A stretch of 64,000 nucleotides of DNA, taken from positions 32,655 to 96,654 of the forward strand of contig MCFE01000317.1 in the NCBI GenBank assembly GCA_002104905.1, read 5' to 3'. The translations under genes and the position numbers were made by a program. Every line of letters begins with the position of its first letter. Position 1 is the first letter of the stretch. The DNA comes from Basidiobolus meristosporus CBS 931.73. Taxonomy: Eukaryota; Fungi; Basidiobolomycota. Shown in pieces: positions 26,531-40,198 of the stretch. The notes below the pieces were generated by a model. It saw nothing but the letters and a program-made list of their open reading frames with translations, ran no database searches and was not told the DNA's origin.

Positions 26531-28501
26531 TTAACAGTCATTGGGGATCAAGAAGCTCTCTTGACGGACACCTCCACCCCATGGAGTACCACCGACTAAT
26601 TTGGCATCCAGCCCCAGGCCGCGCTTAGCGAAGGCTTTCCAGATCTCGCAGTAATTCTCTCCCCCAGTTAGTAGGTCGTCCGCATGGATGATCGCATCTC
26701 GGGCATCCACGAATTTGGGTCGGCATGGCTGTAGCTTCATCCCGTCAAGGACCAGCTGAAGCGCCAAGGTGTTCCCGTGTCTGAGCGAGGCAGAGTACCA
26801 GTCCGAGGTGAAGCCGTACTTGTCAACCAGGTTCCAGTACATCTCATACAGCATCTCAGCCCAAACACCCCCTTTGGCGTGGACGCCCCAGTAGTTGGCC
26901 TTGTCCATGATGGAGTAGGTCTCTGGGTTGGTGATGTTGTTGGTGGAGTACTTGAAGTATCTGATGTTTTTCCCGCCATTGGCGTACTCGCCCATGCCAA
27001 GGTCGAGTCGGCGGTCGTCGTCGGGTCTCATGCGCAGAATGGTTGCGAAGAAATCTCCCCACCCTTCACCCATCCCGCCGGCCTCTCCCCAGCCAAGGCA
27101 TCCGCTGTTGGCAGGGCCGCCAGTCAGTCGAGTGGAGATACCATGGGTGTACTCATGGATCATGATCCCGCTCTCCAGGTCGCCGTCACGATGAGGCTGT
27201 ATAACATTCCAGACGTACATCCTCATCTTGCCTTTCATGCCGTCGGGCGGGGTTGCGAAGTTGGCATTGTTGTAGCCACTGCCGTCCTGCGCATTGGCAA
27301 TCACCGCGTCCCCCGATTCGCCACCGCGGCCGAAATTGTTGTCTTGGAAGTTGCCCGCAGTCTCGGTGAATCCGTACTGATAGCTGAGATCATGCATCAC
27401 GTTGTTCCAATAGAAGAGGTTGGTGATGGAGGAGTCGAGATAGGACTTTGGGTTCCGGTGCAGGTCCAGGGTGAAATCAAAGAGCAGGTGATCTCCTCCG
27501 TGAGGGCGGTAGTTGGTTTCCCATTCATAGCCACCCTCGATGTTCTCATGCGCGGCCACATTGTTTCCAATGGTGGTGGAGAAATTGCGGCGGCCGAGTG
27601 AGTGCCATCCCAGCGGGCTGGCCCGCTTATTTTCGGGGTTGGATACCAAGCGTCTGCTCCCTTCATCAGGATCGTTGATTCCGAGGGGGTAGACATTATA
27701 GTGGGCGTCTGAAACCCAATCAATGAGGGACATGACCTGAGCATTTTCGGCGGAAACATGCGCGTGATACCAATTATCGTTCATCTCCACTTGGAAATCC
27801 CAAACCGGGTGTAGCTCTCCTTCGGACGTCTGGATATAGGCCAATGAAGTGGGCACTTGATTGTTGACGGTAAATGGAACTCCCTGGATCATGTACACCG
27901 AGTCTTTTGCGCTGCCCGAGACCTTCTCTACCTCTAGTGTGGTGACATCGCTGACCTCGATCTTCAAGTGCTCCGCGAGGGCAAGCAGCGCATCGCGAGG
28001 AGGAACAGTAGGCTGTGGTGAGGACTTGAATGAATTTAACTTCCTGAACACGACCTGGCCAAATGGGCTGGCGAAGTTATCCTGGAGCTTGTTCACGGCA
28101 TCAAAGAATTTGTTCGTGGGGGGTATCAATCCTTTGTAGAAGGAATCGCCGTAAGATACTACGCGGCCATACTTGTCAAGATTGATGTTCATGTCTCCAT
28201 TGACTACCTCCAGACCATGGACGATCTGTCGAAGGTACACGTGGGTTGCGCCGTTGTGTTCCGACTGATACATGTTCTTGACAACATAGTCGCTCTCCTT
28301 GAGGCTCAAGGTGTCCTGGATGAACTTTTTGACCACGTTGCTCGGCTCCTCCAAGGAAGAAGGCGTGAATCCCGACTCCGCCGAAGAGACCTGATAGCTG
28401 CTGCTGGAGATTTCAGGGCCAAACGTGGGCTCGTGGATCCGCCCCGCTACCACACTGAGAGACAGCGAGAACAGAAGGGGCAGTACAATACAGTTACGCA
28501 T
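26531..28501 (-). CDS. Secreted fungalysin metalloprotease (M36) with propeptide
   Basis: Signal peptide from ATG 28501, THVYLRQ propeptide, AGNFQ, NNANFATPPDG, HEYTHGISTRLTGG zinc motif, GMGEGWGD. Confidence 0.95.
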   Translation of the reverse strand: MRNCIVLPLLFSLSLSVVAGRIHEPTFGPEISSSSYQVSSAESGFTPSSLEEPSNVVKKFIQDTLSLKESDYVVKNMYQSEHNGATHVYLRQIVHGLEVVNGDMNINLDKYGRVVSYGDSFYKGLIPPTNKFFDAVNKLQDNFASPFGQVVFRKLNSFKSSPQPTVPPRDALLALAEHLKIEVSDVTTLEVEKVSGSAKDSVYMIQGVPFTVNNQVPTSLAYIQTSEGELHPVWDFQVEMNDNWYHAHVSAENAQVMSLIDWVSDAHYNVYPLGINDPDEGSRRLVSNPENKRASPLGWHSLGRRNFSTTIGNNVAAHENIEGGYEWETNYRPHGGDHLLFDFTLDLHRNPKSYLDSSITNLFYWNNVMHDLSYQYGFTETAGNFQDNNFGRGGESGDAVIANAQDGSGYNNANFATPPDGMKGKMRMYVWNVIQPHRDGDLESGIMIHEYTHGISTRLTGGPANSGCLGWGEAGGMGEGWGDFFATILRMRPDDDRRLDLGMGEYANGGKNIRYFKYSTNNITNPETYSIMDKANYWGVHAKGGVWAEMLYEMYWNLVDKYGFTSDWYSASLRHGNTLALQLVLDGMKLQPCRPKFVDARDAIIHADDLLTGGENYCEIWKAFAKRGLGLDAKLVGGTPWGGGVRQESFLIPNDC

Positions 28502-31368
28502 GGCCAAAACAAGCGGGGTGGAAGCAAAATTCGGGAGATCAACAAACAAGAGCACTGTCTAGTAAAGGAAAAAGAAGAGAGGATTTGCTCGAATGTTGGT
28601 GGTAAAAGATAAGAGAGGCCCAGATCAGGAGTGTTCTAAATGAGTTGTTAAAAGGTGGATCTTCACGTTATATAGTTGCGGGATTCAACAGGGATGCGGT
28701 ATGCAACCAGTTGATTGGATCAAAACCAACGAAGTAGAACAGGCAAAACTCCAGAGACTGGAATGGTAGATAATCTGCCCTTTTCGATGGATAATTTGCC
28801 AGCTGGATATTGAATTCAATTCATTCACGACAAAGGATTTTTGGTTGCTGTAAGCGGTGTTTAGCTGATGAAGCGACTGGAGAGCCCATTGGCCCGCCTC
28901 AAACAAGCACATGATCGCATCTCGAGGATCGAAGCCCATGATGACAAATGATTCAAGAAACTGTTGGTGGGCAAGGTTTATGCAGAACTGTTCACTTGCA
29001 TTCCAATCTATCACGCGTTCTTTCATGATCCGATTTCTCTGCACATTTGATATCTACCCTGTGAGGCATGTGACAGACGCCTGATTTGCTTCCCTCGCCA
29101 ATTTGGTATTCAAGAAACTTTCCGCCGAGCTCCTTAATCGCTTTGCAGTGCGAGCCCGTTTCCCAATTCTATTCAGAAACACATTGTAGCGCTATGGTGC
29201 AGATTCCATGGATTTTGCATACGAGAAACAATCCTCTCCTTGGCAGTTTGGAACACCAAAGGTGTGCTGTGACGGTGATCGGATCGGATCCGATATCGAG
29301 GGAAAGTTGGTGTTGCGGTCGGATTGGGCAGCGAGGTAGGCCCTGCGAGTTCGGCTTCGATAGGTTGGAGATACCTGGAATCAACAAGGCGATAGAGGAC
29401 CATTCATTCCACAGGGAAATAATAAGAAATAGGGGCCAGATCATTGGGTTATCCCACTGAGTGAATTATATTAATCTTTCCGAATAAGATAAGTGGTACC
29501 CGAATACAGAGACCTTCCTTAAATCTCCGAGGTTAACTGGGGAGATGGCTATTGTCCATCGTTTGTTCTCGGAAGTATGTAAAAGTTATCGCCCCCTTCA
29601 ACAATGAGAGTTTAGGGGGGAATGCACAAGTTTCGAATACACAAATTGAATGAATGGAATACAGAATCGCCATGCCGAGCTCACAGAATGGCGAATCCTC
29701 GAGTGGCCAGTCGTGTTCCTGATCCCTGGAGCTCCGGAGTTCCTCTCACGATCCCTGATCACTGGACACATGTGGTTAAAGGCTCGGCCAAAGCAGTAAT
29801 AACGACTGTATACCTATACCCAGCCGTCCAATAATTCCCAATTTTATTAGATTACAAATTAGCCATTGTCATACTGACGATGTGTTCATGGCGCTGATTA
29901 GTTGAACATTTGCTGGTTTGTATCGCCGCCCAGTCTCCACGCATAACTCAGATTTGGCAGTCAGGTGTGAGTGGATATACCGTCACTTTAAGCACGGTCG
30001 GGTCGCCAAGATCTGGCCTCCTACATGCTATGTAGTTGCCGTCGTCTTTTCTGAGCAAATTTCCCTGACAATGGGCCGCTTGTAGGGTGTGTTCATCGAA
30101 TTTACGCTGTAGTTGCAACATAACGACAGATATGCCTGTCGATTTGGTTGACGTTTGGAGACTTGCTCATGAAGCGACTATAAAACCCGGCTCGTGATAG
30201 ATATGTCATTACACTTACGAGTGGAGTGGCCTACTTCTAAGCGTGTCAAATATAGTGGAGCTTGCAGTGCAGGCACACATTTCCACTCAGCTGGACTTAT
30301 ATGGTAAAGTCATGTACACCTGGTGAATATGCCAGGTCTCCAGCTACATGGAATCGTACATGACCGAGCTCATCGATGATAATTAATTTACGGATTTACC
30401 GCAGTGTGCATTCCTCCATGACCGTGTAAAAAAATCAATGTGACAGGAAATGACCAATCCCCAGGCTGGATTGCAACCGCCGTGACTGCTATTTATTGTT
30501 ATTTATACGTATACAGCTTGCCACGGATCGCCACTTCAAGAATGTCATCCAGCGTAATTTCTCCATATTTCTCCAAACCAGCCAGCATAGTCCTGAGCTC
30601 CCATAAAGTGTTGACCACAACGTTAGAAGCCTACAGACACACCGCACCCACTTCTGATTTCCACAAAAAGAAAGAGACCATTGACCACGCTGACAGCGAC
30701 ATTGAGAGTAAGTTTGCTTGACACGTTGGATTTGTTCGTGATGGTAAACCGATCTTCGTTCTTGAACAGCGATTAAACCCTTCCCAACAACCGTCGCAGA
30801 AAGAAAGAACTTCCTTAACTTCAAAACCAACCGTGCCGTCACCGAATTCCAGTTTCGTGTATACGACCTGTGCTCGCAAATCCCCTCTGGCATGTTTTCC
30901 ACATATAAAGTCCTCTCAGACGTATTGAAATCCTCTCCGCGCGCCGTTGGTCAAGCGCTCAGGAATAACCCATTCGCCCCGCTGCCTATCCCTTGCCATA
31001 GAGTACTCCCAGGGACCTACTTTATCGGCGGTTATGACGGGTAGGCATTTTTTACGTGTTCATACAGCTCCACCTATTCAACCGTGTAATCTCATTGAAT
31101 CAATTCAGTGATTGGGGCTCTGGTCACAAGGTCGACTCCAAAAAGGCCAGGTTGGAGAGAGAGGGGTTAAAATTTGACGAGCATCAAGTATTACTTCCCA
31201 TCTTTCAAGAATCGCGACTATTCACCGACTTCAAACTGTGATGGATCTTTTTATATATGCTTGGAAGAGTTCACCCATAGCACCAGATGAGAAGTAAAAA
31301 CCAGGGGTCATTACATTGTGTTTATATAAAATGTTGCAAAAGCTAATATTACATGTGAGTTGGGTCAC

Positions 31369-32192
31369 TTAGACTTCATCATCAAGACGATAGGCCACCA
31401 ATGCATCAATTTTGTGAATATTTGTGGAGAAGGAGCGGAGTTTCACCTGCTCACTGTTTTTCTTGATGTAATGAGGATCCGAATCTATCCAGGTAGTTGG
31501 CACCTCAACATCCTTATCGGCATAGACCAGGATGTTAAATGAGCATTTTTCCTCCAACACAGGAAGGAAAGTGACACTGGCAGTGATCTGGCGTATGATG
31601 GCTTGGATCTCAGCGTGGATCTCTTTTTCAGTCTTTTGCGGTGCTGCTCCGCTATCGAAGGAAAGAAAGGAGGTTAACGAACACCCGACATGGGCATGTT
31701 GCTGTTGGATAGCGTACCTCTTGTTTTCGGTTTGGCCGCCATTCTCGGGACTGACAATCTGAATATCGAATTGCCAACGTTCTAGCACTTCCATGGTCTC
31801 CTTGGAATTGATCACCAGGACCAACTTGCTGATTTTGCCATCCAGCATCCACTCTAACAGAGTATGTGTATTAGCCAGGAGTTATTACCAAAGAAGCAGG
31901 CAACTTACCGTTGAGTTGGGACATGACTTGCTTCAAGTACGTTTGCAGTGCGTCATCTGTAGTGACCAGCATGTTCAGCCCATATTTCTTAACCATCTTG
32001 AAATCTTCAGGAGGGTAAAGGCCTCGCTGGAACAAGATACTGTTTATTGAGTAGTCTGCAGGGGAAAGAAGCCGGTTAGTTAACTATATGCCGAGGACCT
32101 ATGGATTGGTAGACTATACCAAAGAATTCCACAACAATCTGGGTGGAGCCGCGAAGTGTTATGTTACCCTTGGTTAGTTGAGAAGTAGCCAT
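31369..32192 (-). CDS. MAD2: Spindle checkpoint HORMA protein
   Basis: ITLRGSTQIVVEFF, YPPEDF, LERWQFDI, IRQITASVTFLP, SFSTNIHKIDALVAY. Several introns. Confidence 0.95.
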
Positions 32193-33499
32193 ATTGAGGA
32201 GTTTGAATGAGTCCGGGTGTTGAGAAAGGTATAACTACGACAACGCTCAGTTGGATGTTTTTATTTTATGGCAGTTATTTTGGCTCATCTCGTAAAGTAT
32301 ACAAACAAATCTCAACTTAGGGTGAGTAAGATGAACCCCATTTTAACTCATCTCACTGAATTATCATTGTTAACTTTAGTCAACGATGCTAGCCCATACG
32401 TTGTGTGATTGCCAACATATATGTCCAATCTGCTGATCGGGTATCGTGTCAAACGTCTCACTCCAAGGCATTTATTTTCGAACATCTGTCGAAGGATGGT
32501 GCTTCAAGATCCCCAGAATAGAACAATCCGTTTATTAATATCGCTGAGAACATGGCTCTATATTCCCATCACTCTCTTTGCCTTGATATGTTAGTGAGAC
32601 ATGGTACTAGCTCAGATCTTAGATCACATATCCATTCCGTACAGACTTTGTCTAGGCAACAACGGTCTGTGTTCGTGCATCAGTGCGGCGAATTCAGCAA
32701 ACCAGAAGCAGTGCTTGCAAGTGCCTACTCTTGTGGCTTGCAAATCAGGTACTTGATGGTTGCATAGACTGCACAGCTTCAATATTATCCTCTTGCTCGC
32801 TCGCATATAGCTGCTTCTATCACCTCCAAAGAAGGCTAAATCTTGGGAAACCATCTTTCCCTCTTGTATGCAGTTTCGGAAATGATGTGGAAATTCTCCT
32901 GATACGGAGCTAGTCAGAATAGGAGAGTGATGCTAGCCACGCTTGACTAAATAACTGGATTCTCCGCTGAGAACCTCGTCAACTTGACCTCGGACCTATT
33001 GATACCAACAGTTTGCTGGGTACTGCCGGCCTTCAGAGTTGTATTGAAATGATAGCCCATCCAGGGTGAAACGTATCCACATTTCTCCCCTCAAACTGCT
33101 CGCAAGATTGAGGGGCAGAAGCTAAATAAGGATATAGGGAATGGGAGTGATGTGTTAAAGTACTAAATTGATATGCAAGGGCATGCAAGGCTTCTTCATA
33201 TAGTGAAAAACGGTGAACAGTGCGTTTAGATGTAAGAACTAATTAAATCCAATAGTCTAGCCACCATGTATAAGGGCTTCTCCTTTCGCAACAAAACAGT
33301 ACATGTGTTTAGTGAGCACTGACCTTCATTTCTGCCATCATGATTGGCCAGGCCCAGCAGGACGACATACCTCAGTGCTGCTTGTGATCCTCCACATCCT
33401 GAGCTCTCTCTTATATAATCCCATTGACCACCCTGACCATAGTCCATCATCACCTCAACATCACTTTAATACAGTTCATAAAGTTACATAGTATCACAC

Positions 33500-34087
33500 A
33501 TGTCTGCCCACAACGGAAAACCCATGCAATTTGTCTTTAGTATGAACCCAAAGTCATCCAGGCCGTACCGATGCGATATTTGCTCCAACACATTCAGAAG
33601 AAATGAGCACCTCTCTCGACACCTCCGCACACATACTGGGGAAAAACCCTTTGTGTGCGAGGAACTTGGCTGTGGAAGGAAATTCTCCCGATCAGACGAG
33701 CTCAACAGACACTCAAAGGTGCACACAAGAAACACCGCTCATCGCTCGAAACAAATCTATCAAAAGTACTGCTCGGTTTATCGCACTTCTAGCTGGAATG
33801 AACCAGCCAGATTTCATCAGCGTAGCCCTTCCCAGAAGTCTATCGACTACATGTTTCACCCATATTCGGCTGTACACTCGCATGGAGAGTCCGAGGTCAA
33901 GAAAACCTCGTCCATCTGGAGTTTGCTCAATTCGAGCGAGCTGTACGACGAAACAACATGCAGCTCAGTATCCAGCTCTTCAACTTCATCATGCAACTCG
34001 GACTCTGAAGAGATGTTCGATTCTGCCAATCATACAGAATTGTACTCAAGTCCGAAAGGCTTCAGTTTGGCCAGCATACTGAACTGA
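33500..34087 (+). CDS. Two-finger C2H2 transcription factor (Mig1/CreA-type fingers)
   Basis: [51 protein letters not shown]. Confidence 0.85.
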   Translation: MSAHNGKPMQFVFSMNPKSSRPYRCDICSNTFRRNEHLSRHLRTHTGEKPFVCEELGCGRKFSRSDELNRHSKVHTRNTAHRSKQIYQKYCSVYRTSSWNEPARFHQRSPSQKSIDYMFHPYSAVHSHGESEVKKTSSIWSLLNSSELYDETTCSSVSSSSTSSCNSDSEEMFDSANHTELYSSPKGFSLASILN

Positions 34088-34413
34088 TTTGCGATTGTAT
34101 CGTTGATCGAGATATGAATCCTCTCTTGCTCTGGCTTATCATTGTGGATCAAGCCTCTTTGCTTATGTAAGCTCATGTAAATCATTGTACATACACACCC
34201 ATAGTTATGATAAAGACTGAAGTAATAAACCATTATGCGGCAAATGTTCATGTCCGGCTGGCAGTTTGTGACTCTTGAAAGAAAATCCAACCACGACTTC
34301 TGATTTGGCCAGTATACAAATCGGTCTGCGTCACGTGACCATAGATGAAGTATTCGATTTACCGCTTATGAGTGAACCTCAATCGACTTTGGTGAACACC
34401 CATACAACTCAAC

Positions 34414-34734
34414 ATGAATTCGGAAGCAACCATTTATGTAGAGCCTTTCGTGGCGATGAACACTCGCACCCTCACGTATTGTAGAAGTGGAATTTCTGCT
34501 GTGACCGGTTCTGCTGCCGGAATTTTGGGCCTCACAGGGTATACCGGCTTTGTTTTTTACCTTGTCACTGCCTTCATCTCATCTGGAATCATTTGGGCGT
34601 TGATGACCGACTTCAAACCCGAGCTCTACTTCAAGAAAAGTCGCGACGTGTGGATCGAGGGGGTTTTCGGAGGATTGTTCTCGTACGTACTCTTCTGGAC
34701 TCTGATGTACGGCATCGTCCACGTCTACGAGTAA
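34414..34734 (+). CDS. EMC6: ER membrane complex subunit 6
   Basis: AAGILGLTGYTGFVFY...GLFSYVLFWTLMYGIVHVYE signature. Confidence 0.95.
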   Translation: MNSEATIYVEPFVAMNTRTLTYCRSGISAVTGSAAGILGLTGYTGFVFYLVTAFISSGIIWALMTDFKPELYFKKSRDVWIEGVFGGLFSYVLFWTLMYGIVHVYE

Positions 34735-35115
34735 CGTGCACGATTTGTTGGACAAGCCAATGTACAAGGCCGCTTTGTAGAGCTTCATATCACCCGCACC
34801 TCTCATCTACTTACACGACGAAACCTTCCCTGAGAGCAGTTTTCTTTGTAGTAATAAAATCGAATAAAATATGCTGAGTATCGCTCCACCCGTCGCAGTG
34901 GATTTCCCCAATTTTTCTTGTCGCTATTTAGGGGAACAGCATATGCTGGTAGCATTTGTCTCAAAGAATTGGATTTATTGTTTCAAAATAGGAAGCCATT
35001 TGATAACCTCCTTGGCTACTGATCATGAACAAAACTTATCTAGCGCACCGCTCTATGTAACACACAAATGAGATGACTACAGCATCCTGCTGATGGGGAA
35101 TGTTGGTGAATTTGA

Positions 35116-36176
35116 TTAATTGCTGTCTAGCTTCTCATCTACCAATCGCTCTACGAATTCCCAAAGCTTTTCTGCTTCTTTGGGATCTTGAGCAACATTG
35201 GATGGAGTAGCAATAATGCCATATGGCACGAAATACTCCCCATTGAATTCGTTTTCCTCGATCTCAGGAGAGGTAGCGCAATACAAGGTAGTGAGCGCAC
35301 CGGTGTCGGGAGTCTGCGCGGTGTAGTAGAAAAGATTGGAGAAGAATCCTCCAATGTAAGGCAATGATGTCAAATCCTTGAAGAGTTCGGTGTTGACGGT
35401 GCCTGGGTGGACAGCATTAACGTAAACCTGCTTTCCCTCCAGTCTTTTGGCAAAAGCCTTGGCAAGCAAAAGGCTTCCCAGCTTACTCTGACCGTAAGCA
35501 GTACCGATGGTGAAGCCGGTGGAAACACGATCATACTGAATACCACCGGGAAGGATGATGAGGTGAGCAAGACTGGACAAGAACACGATACGAGCAGGGG
35601 CGGATTCCACCACCTTGTCGGCAAGCAAGCGAGTCAGATGGAAATGGCCGCAAACGTTGATGGCAAAGTGCTTTTCAATGCCATCGGCAGTGAAGCTACT
35701 AGCTGCCATTGGGTTGGCCATATATCCGGCATTGAGAATGCTACAAAAGCCAGGCGGTTTAGTCAAGAGGCAACAAGAATAGAGATTGTGCACTAGAAAG
35801 AATAGTTACAGTAAGTGCAAGGGTAAACCCTTGGCCAAGAACTCGTTGGCGGCCTTCTCGACCGACTTAAAGTCAGCTAAATCAAGGGCAATGAACTCTA
35901 CGTTTTGGTTTCCGGTTTCAGCCTTAATCTTTTCACAAGCTTCAAGGGATTTCTTCTCGTCGCGGGATGCCATGAAGACCTTGGCATTCTTTCTGGCCAG
36001 CTCTAGGCAAGTAGAATAGCCGATACCGGTGTTTCCACCAGTGACCAGGGCGACCTGATGATATTCAACTTAGGAATCTCTTGACGAAGAATATGGTAAA
36101 CTGTTCATAATACCTTATTGCTAAGATCCGGGATGGAGTTCACGTCGAAATTGTTCGTAAAAGAGAATAAGCCCAT
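35116..36176 (-). CDS. Short-chain dehydrogenase (retinol dehydrogenase/WWOX-like)
   Basis: VALVTGGNTGIG, NAG, HFAINVCGHF, AYGQSKL, VNAVHPGTVNT. Two introns. Confidence 0.9.
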
Positions 36177-36776
36177 GATGATGATACCATCCACTAGGTA
36201 CGAGCCACCACCATATAAATATCCCGGCGCAACAAGCATTCATTGGCTCTACCAAATCATGCATCATTGAGGTCAAGCCAGAGATACATTTACCGATTTG
36301 TCACTTGGAAAAGTTCTCGGCTAGTTCCACAAGTCATTTTCACATGGCATACTGTCGACAGCTGCCGGCAAATTATCCTCTTTTGTCGATTGTCAAGTGA
36401 ACTATATATCGCCAAGGTAAATCATACATGCACGTAGACTCGAGATCCATGAATTGCTTGTCTCCGATCGTTAACAAATCATTTAGCCTCATTGTATATA
36501 GCTTATCATGATTCCACTGCCACAACCTAGGTTCTGGTTGTGATTCATTGTGGGATACATGGAATTTCTCGATATCTGATTAAATTTGAACCCGAATTTA
36601 AACCTGAATTTAAACTATCCATCTGGATAGATCCCACCCGGAGGATGAGTTGTTGTCTAGATTACAAGAAAAAAAAACGACCACAATGTTCAGAGTAAAT
36701 ACGTGCTCGGCACGGAGACTTCTTTCGTGTTGGTGTACTGTGGTAGTAAATATCCTTGTAGCGGTAACACTTCAAA

Positions 36777-38176
36777 ATGACTGGTGAACAAGAAAAGAAG
36801 CAGGTCAAACGCCCAAGAGGCTTGAAGAAGGCTGCTCTTGCAAACAAGAAAGCCAAGGTCGAGGAGCCTGAGGTGGAGACCAACGAAGAAGACATGACTT
36901 TGGTAATGGAGGGTGACGTAGACGAGGTTGAGGAATTGAGACTTATCTACGAAAGTGCCGGCGAGAAATTGGCCGAAGATCAAGACAAGGGCAAACTTCT
37001 GTTGAACGGTACTGTCCACGAAGCTGACCGCCTTTTACGCAACTGGGGAGAGGAGCCTATCCCAAGTAAGCTTTACTTGACTTACGGATCGGCCCTGTTC
37101 GACCTGAGCGAACTACAAGACAAGCCTGAAGACGCAACCGAGTATTTGAACGTGGCGATCGACCGCTTGGACTCCGCTTTGGAGAAGGCCAAGGAAGAAA
37201 ACACCGAGAATAACTGGGAATTGAACTTTGTTGTAGGAAAGGCCTACTTGACCAAGGTAGCTTGACTGTCGTGTTTTTATGGTACCATTTTGGTACGGTT
37301 ACTAACTGGAATCACGGGCGTTCGGTGTAGGCACGTATCACCCGCGAAACCTCCAAGGAAGATGACAGCGAATTGATTGAGAAAGCTTTGAAGCATCTCG
37401 ATGCCGTGTTCGATTCCATCCCAGAGGAAGCCGAGGACGCCGAAACCTCTCGCAAGCTTAATGCACTGAATGTTGCCGCCGAACTTGTTCGCCTTCATAC
37501 CGAGGTGTATGAGGATTGGGAACAAAAAGAAAAATTATATAAATGGGCCGAGGCCAAGTTTGCTGCCCTTCTCAAAGGTAAATTCGAAACAGTACCACCA
37601 CAGCCAGCTCGATTCCAACCTTAACACCATCGTCTCCCTAGTCAATGAGAAGAGCTTCCAAACTTTGGTTAGTCTTGGTGGCTGCTACTTGTCCATGGCT
37701 AACAGCCGTCTGGAAAAACTGGATGAGAACCAGGAGGGCGAAGACGAGGATGAAGAGATCCCTTGTGATGATTTGGCCAAGGAGTACCTTGAGAACGGTA
37801 AATTATTTCCTGACATGGTTCGACCTGTAGCATAATCTAAACCTCTTTTTAGCTGTCAAGTATCTCAAGGATGCTGAGAGCAGAATCGATGGCGGTGGTG
37901 TTGAAGTGTCCAGACTCCTTACTTTGGTAGGCGCTAATGACATGGAAGCCTTTTGTTGATGCGAAATTTACATGCTTTGCTATTTAGCTTGGTGAGGCCC
38001 AAATCAACTTGGGTAACATGGAAGAAAATGAGGAGGCTCAATATGCCTTGTACCAACAAGCAGTAGACAACTTGAAGAAGGCTACCACTGTTGGTGGTGA
38101 AGACTTCACTCTTCCAGAGCAATTCGGCGACTTCCTTGATGAATGGGAAAACGAATTGCAAGACGACAAGGCTTGA
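36777..38176 (+). CDS. Nro1/Ett1-like protein, multi-exon
   Basis: Basic N-terminal NLS (KRPRGLKK), GTVHEADRLLRN, YGSALFDL, and TPR-like helices. Confidence 0.75.
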
Positions 38177-38408
38177 TTGCCTCATCGTTCAATATATAGA
38201 TAAATAAAGCAACTCGTCAATCACGACACTGTACTTATCTTTCCAACAAATCTAGTTGGTGTTTATTTACTTGCAGATGAATTATGGTGAAGAGTTTATG
38301 ATGTGGGAGAATGGTGCATTGATAAGCAATGTTTACTCTTTGGGTCTCCATACGGAAGACTAAACTTGAATGCTTGAACTGTGGGTGAGATTATGCAGGT
38401 ATTTCGAT

Positions 38409-40198
38409 TTAAACGAAAGACTTGACGAAATCAGGAATGACAGTACGAAGCTTCTTGTCAGTGGCTTCGGTGATTTGGCCCTCCTTCTTGATGGCCTCAA
38501 GAATGTCAGCATGGCTGGAGGTCATGTAGGGAAGGAAAGCGGATTCGAATTCGACAATGCGCTTAACATCGACCTTATCCAAGAAACCGTTGACACCGGC
38601 GAAGATGATGGCAACTTGTTGTTCAACAGGGAGGGGCTTGTATTGAGGTTGCTTCAACAATTCGGTGAGACGGGCACCACGGTTAAGCAAGAATTGAGTG
38701 GAGGCATCCAAATCGGAACCGAATTGGGCGAAGGCAGCGACTTCACGGTACTGAGCCAAGAAGAGCTTCAAGGAACCAGCAACTTGCTTCATGGCCTTGG
38801 TTTGAGCGGCGGAACCGACACGGGACACGGAGATACCGACGTTAATGGCAGGACGGATACCCTTGAAGAACAATTCAGCTTCCAAGAAGATTTGGCCATC
38901 GGTAATGGAAATGACGTTGGTAGGAATGTAGGCAGACACATCACCACCTTGGGTTTCAATGATGGGAAGAGCGGTCAAGGAACCAGAGCCGAAGTTCTTG
39001 TTCATCTTGGCAGCACGCTCCAAAAGTCTGGAGTGAAGGTAGAAGACATCACCAGGGTAAGCTTCACGACCAGGAGGACGACGAAGCAAGAGAGACATCT
39101 GACGATAGGCAACAGCTTGCTTGGACAAATCGTCGAAGACAATGAGAGCGTGCTTGCCGTTATCACGGAAATATTCACCCATGGCACATCCGGAGTAAGG
39201 AGCCAAGAACTGAAGGGGAGCAGCCTCGGAGGCAGTGGCGGCAACGACAATAGAGTACTTCATGGCGTCGTTCTCTTCCAAGGTCTTGACGAATTGAGCA
39301 ACAGTGGATCTCTTCTGACCAATGGCAACGTAGACGCAGTACAACTTCTTGGATTCATCATCGGCATCGTTCCACTTCTTCTGGTTGAGAATGGTATCGA
39401 GGGCGACAGCGGTCTTGCCGGTTTGACGATCACCAATAATCAACTCACGCTGACCACGACCGATGGGAAGCATGGAATCGATGGACTTCATACCAGTTTG
39501 CATAGGTTCGTGGACAGATTGACGAGGAATAATACCAGGAGCCTTGACTTGGACACGTTGGCGAGTGGCTCCGGCAATAGGGCCCTTACCGTCGATGGGG
39601 TTACCCAAAGCATCAACGACACGACCGAGCAAGCCCTCACCGGTAGGGACATCGACGATGTTACCAGTACGCTTAACAGTATCACCCTCCTTGATCAAAC
39701 GATCGTTACCGAAGACGACAATACCGACGTTATCGGGCTCCAAGTTAAGAGCCATTCCTTGGACTCCAGAGGAGAACTCAACCATCTCTTCGGCTTGGAC
39801 ATTCTTAAGGCCGTAGACACGGGCAATACCGTCACCAACGGAGAGGACACGTCCGGTTTCGTTGATGTCAGAAGAGTCGGAAAGACCGAGGATACGCTCC
39901 TCGAGAATAGAAGAAACCTCGGAGGTGGCTATCATAGGCAAAGGTAAATAACTAGGTCTGGTGTTAAGTCAGAGGAGCGGAAACTTACTAGGCTTGGCAC
40001 CGGCAAGGTTTACAGAAGCGGTAGACAAGAGTCTAGAAACAGCCCCAGCATTTTTGGCCTTGAAAGTAGATGAAGGTGAATATCTAGGCGCCACTGATGG
40101 GGGTGCACTGGCTCACAGGCGAGCGTACTTACAATGTAAGGAGTCTTGGTAGTAAGGGCTTGACGAGCAGCCAAGCGAAGGACAGTATTTCTAAGCAT
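38409..40198 (-). CDS. ATP1: Mitochondrial ATP synthase F1 alpha subunit
   Basis: [35 protein letters not shown], and N-terminal presequence exons from ATG 40198. Confidence 0.98.

Noticed and set aside
26777-27601. 274 aa plus-strand ORF
   Set aside because: Antisense shadow of the GC-rich M36 gene.
32400-33060. Small multi-exon membrane protein gene
   Set aside because: Short hydrophobic ORFs exist, but I could not build a consistent spliced model.
38370-39947. 525 aa plus-strand ORF
   Set aside because: Antisense shadow of the codon-biased ATP1 gene.
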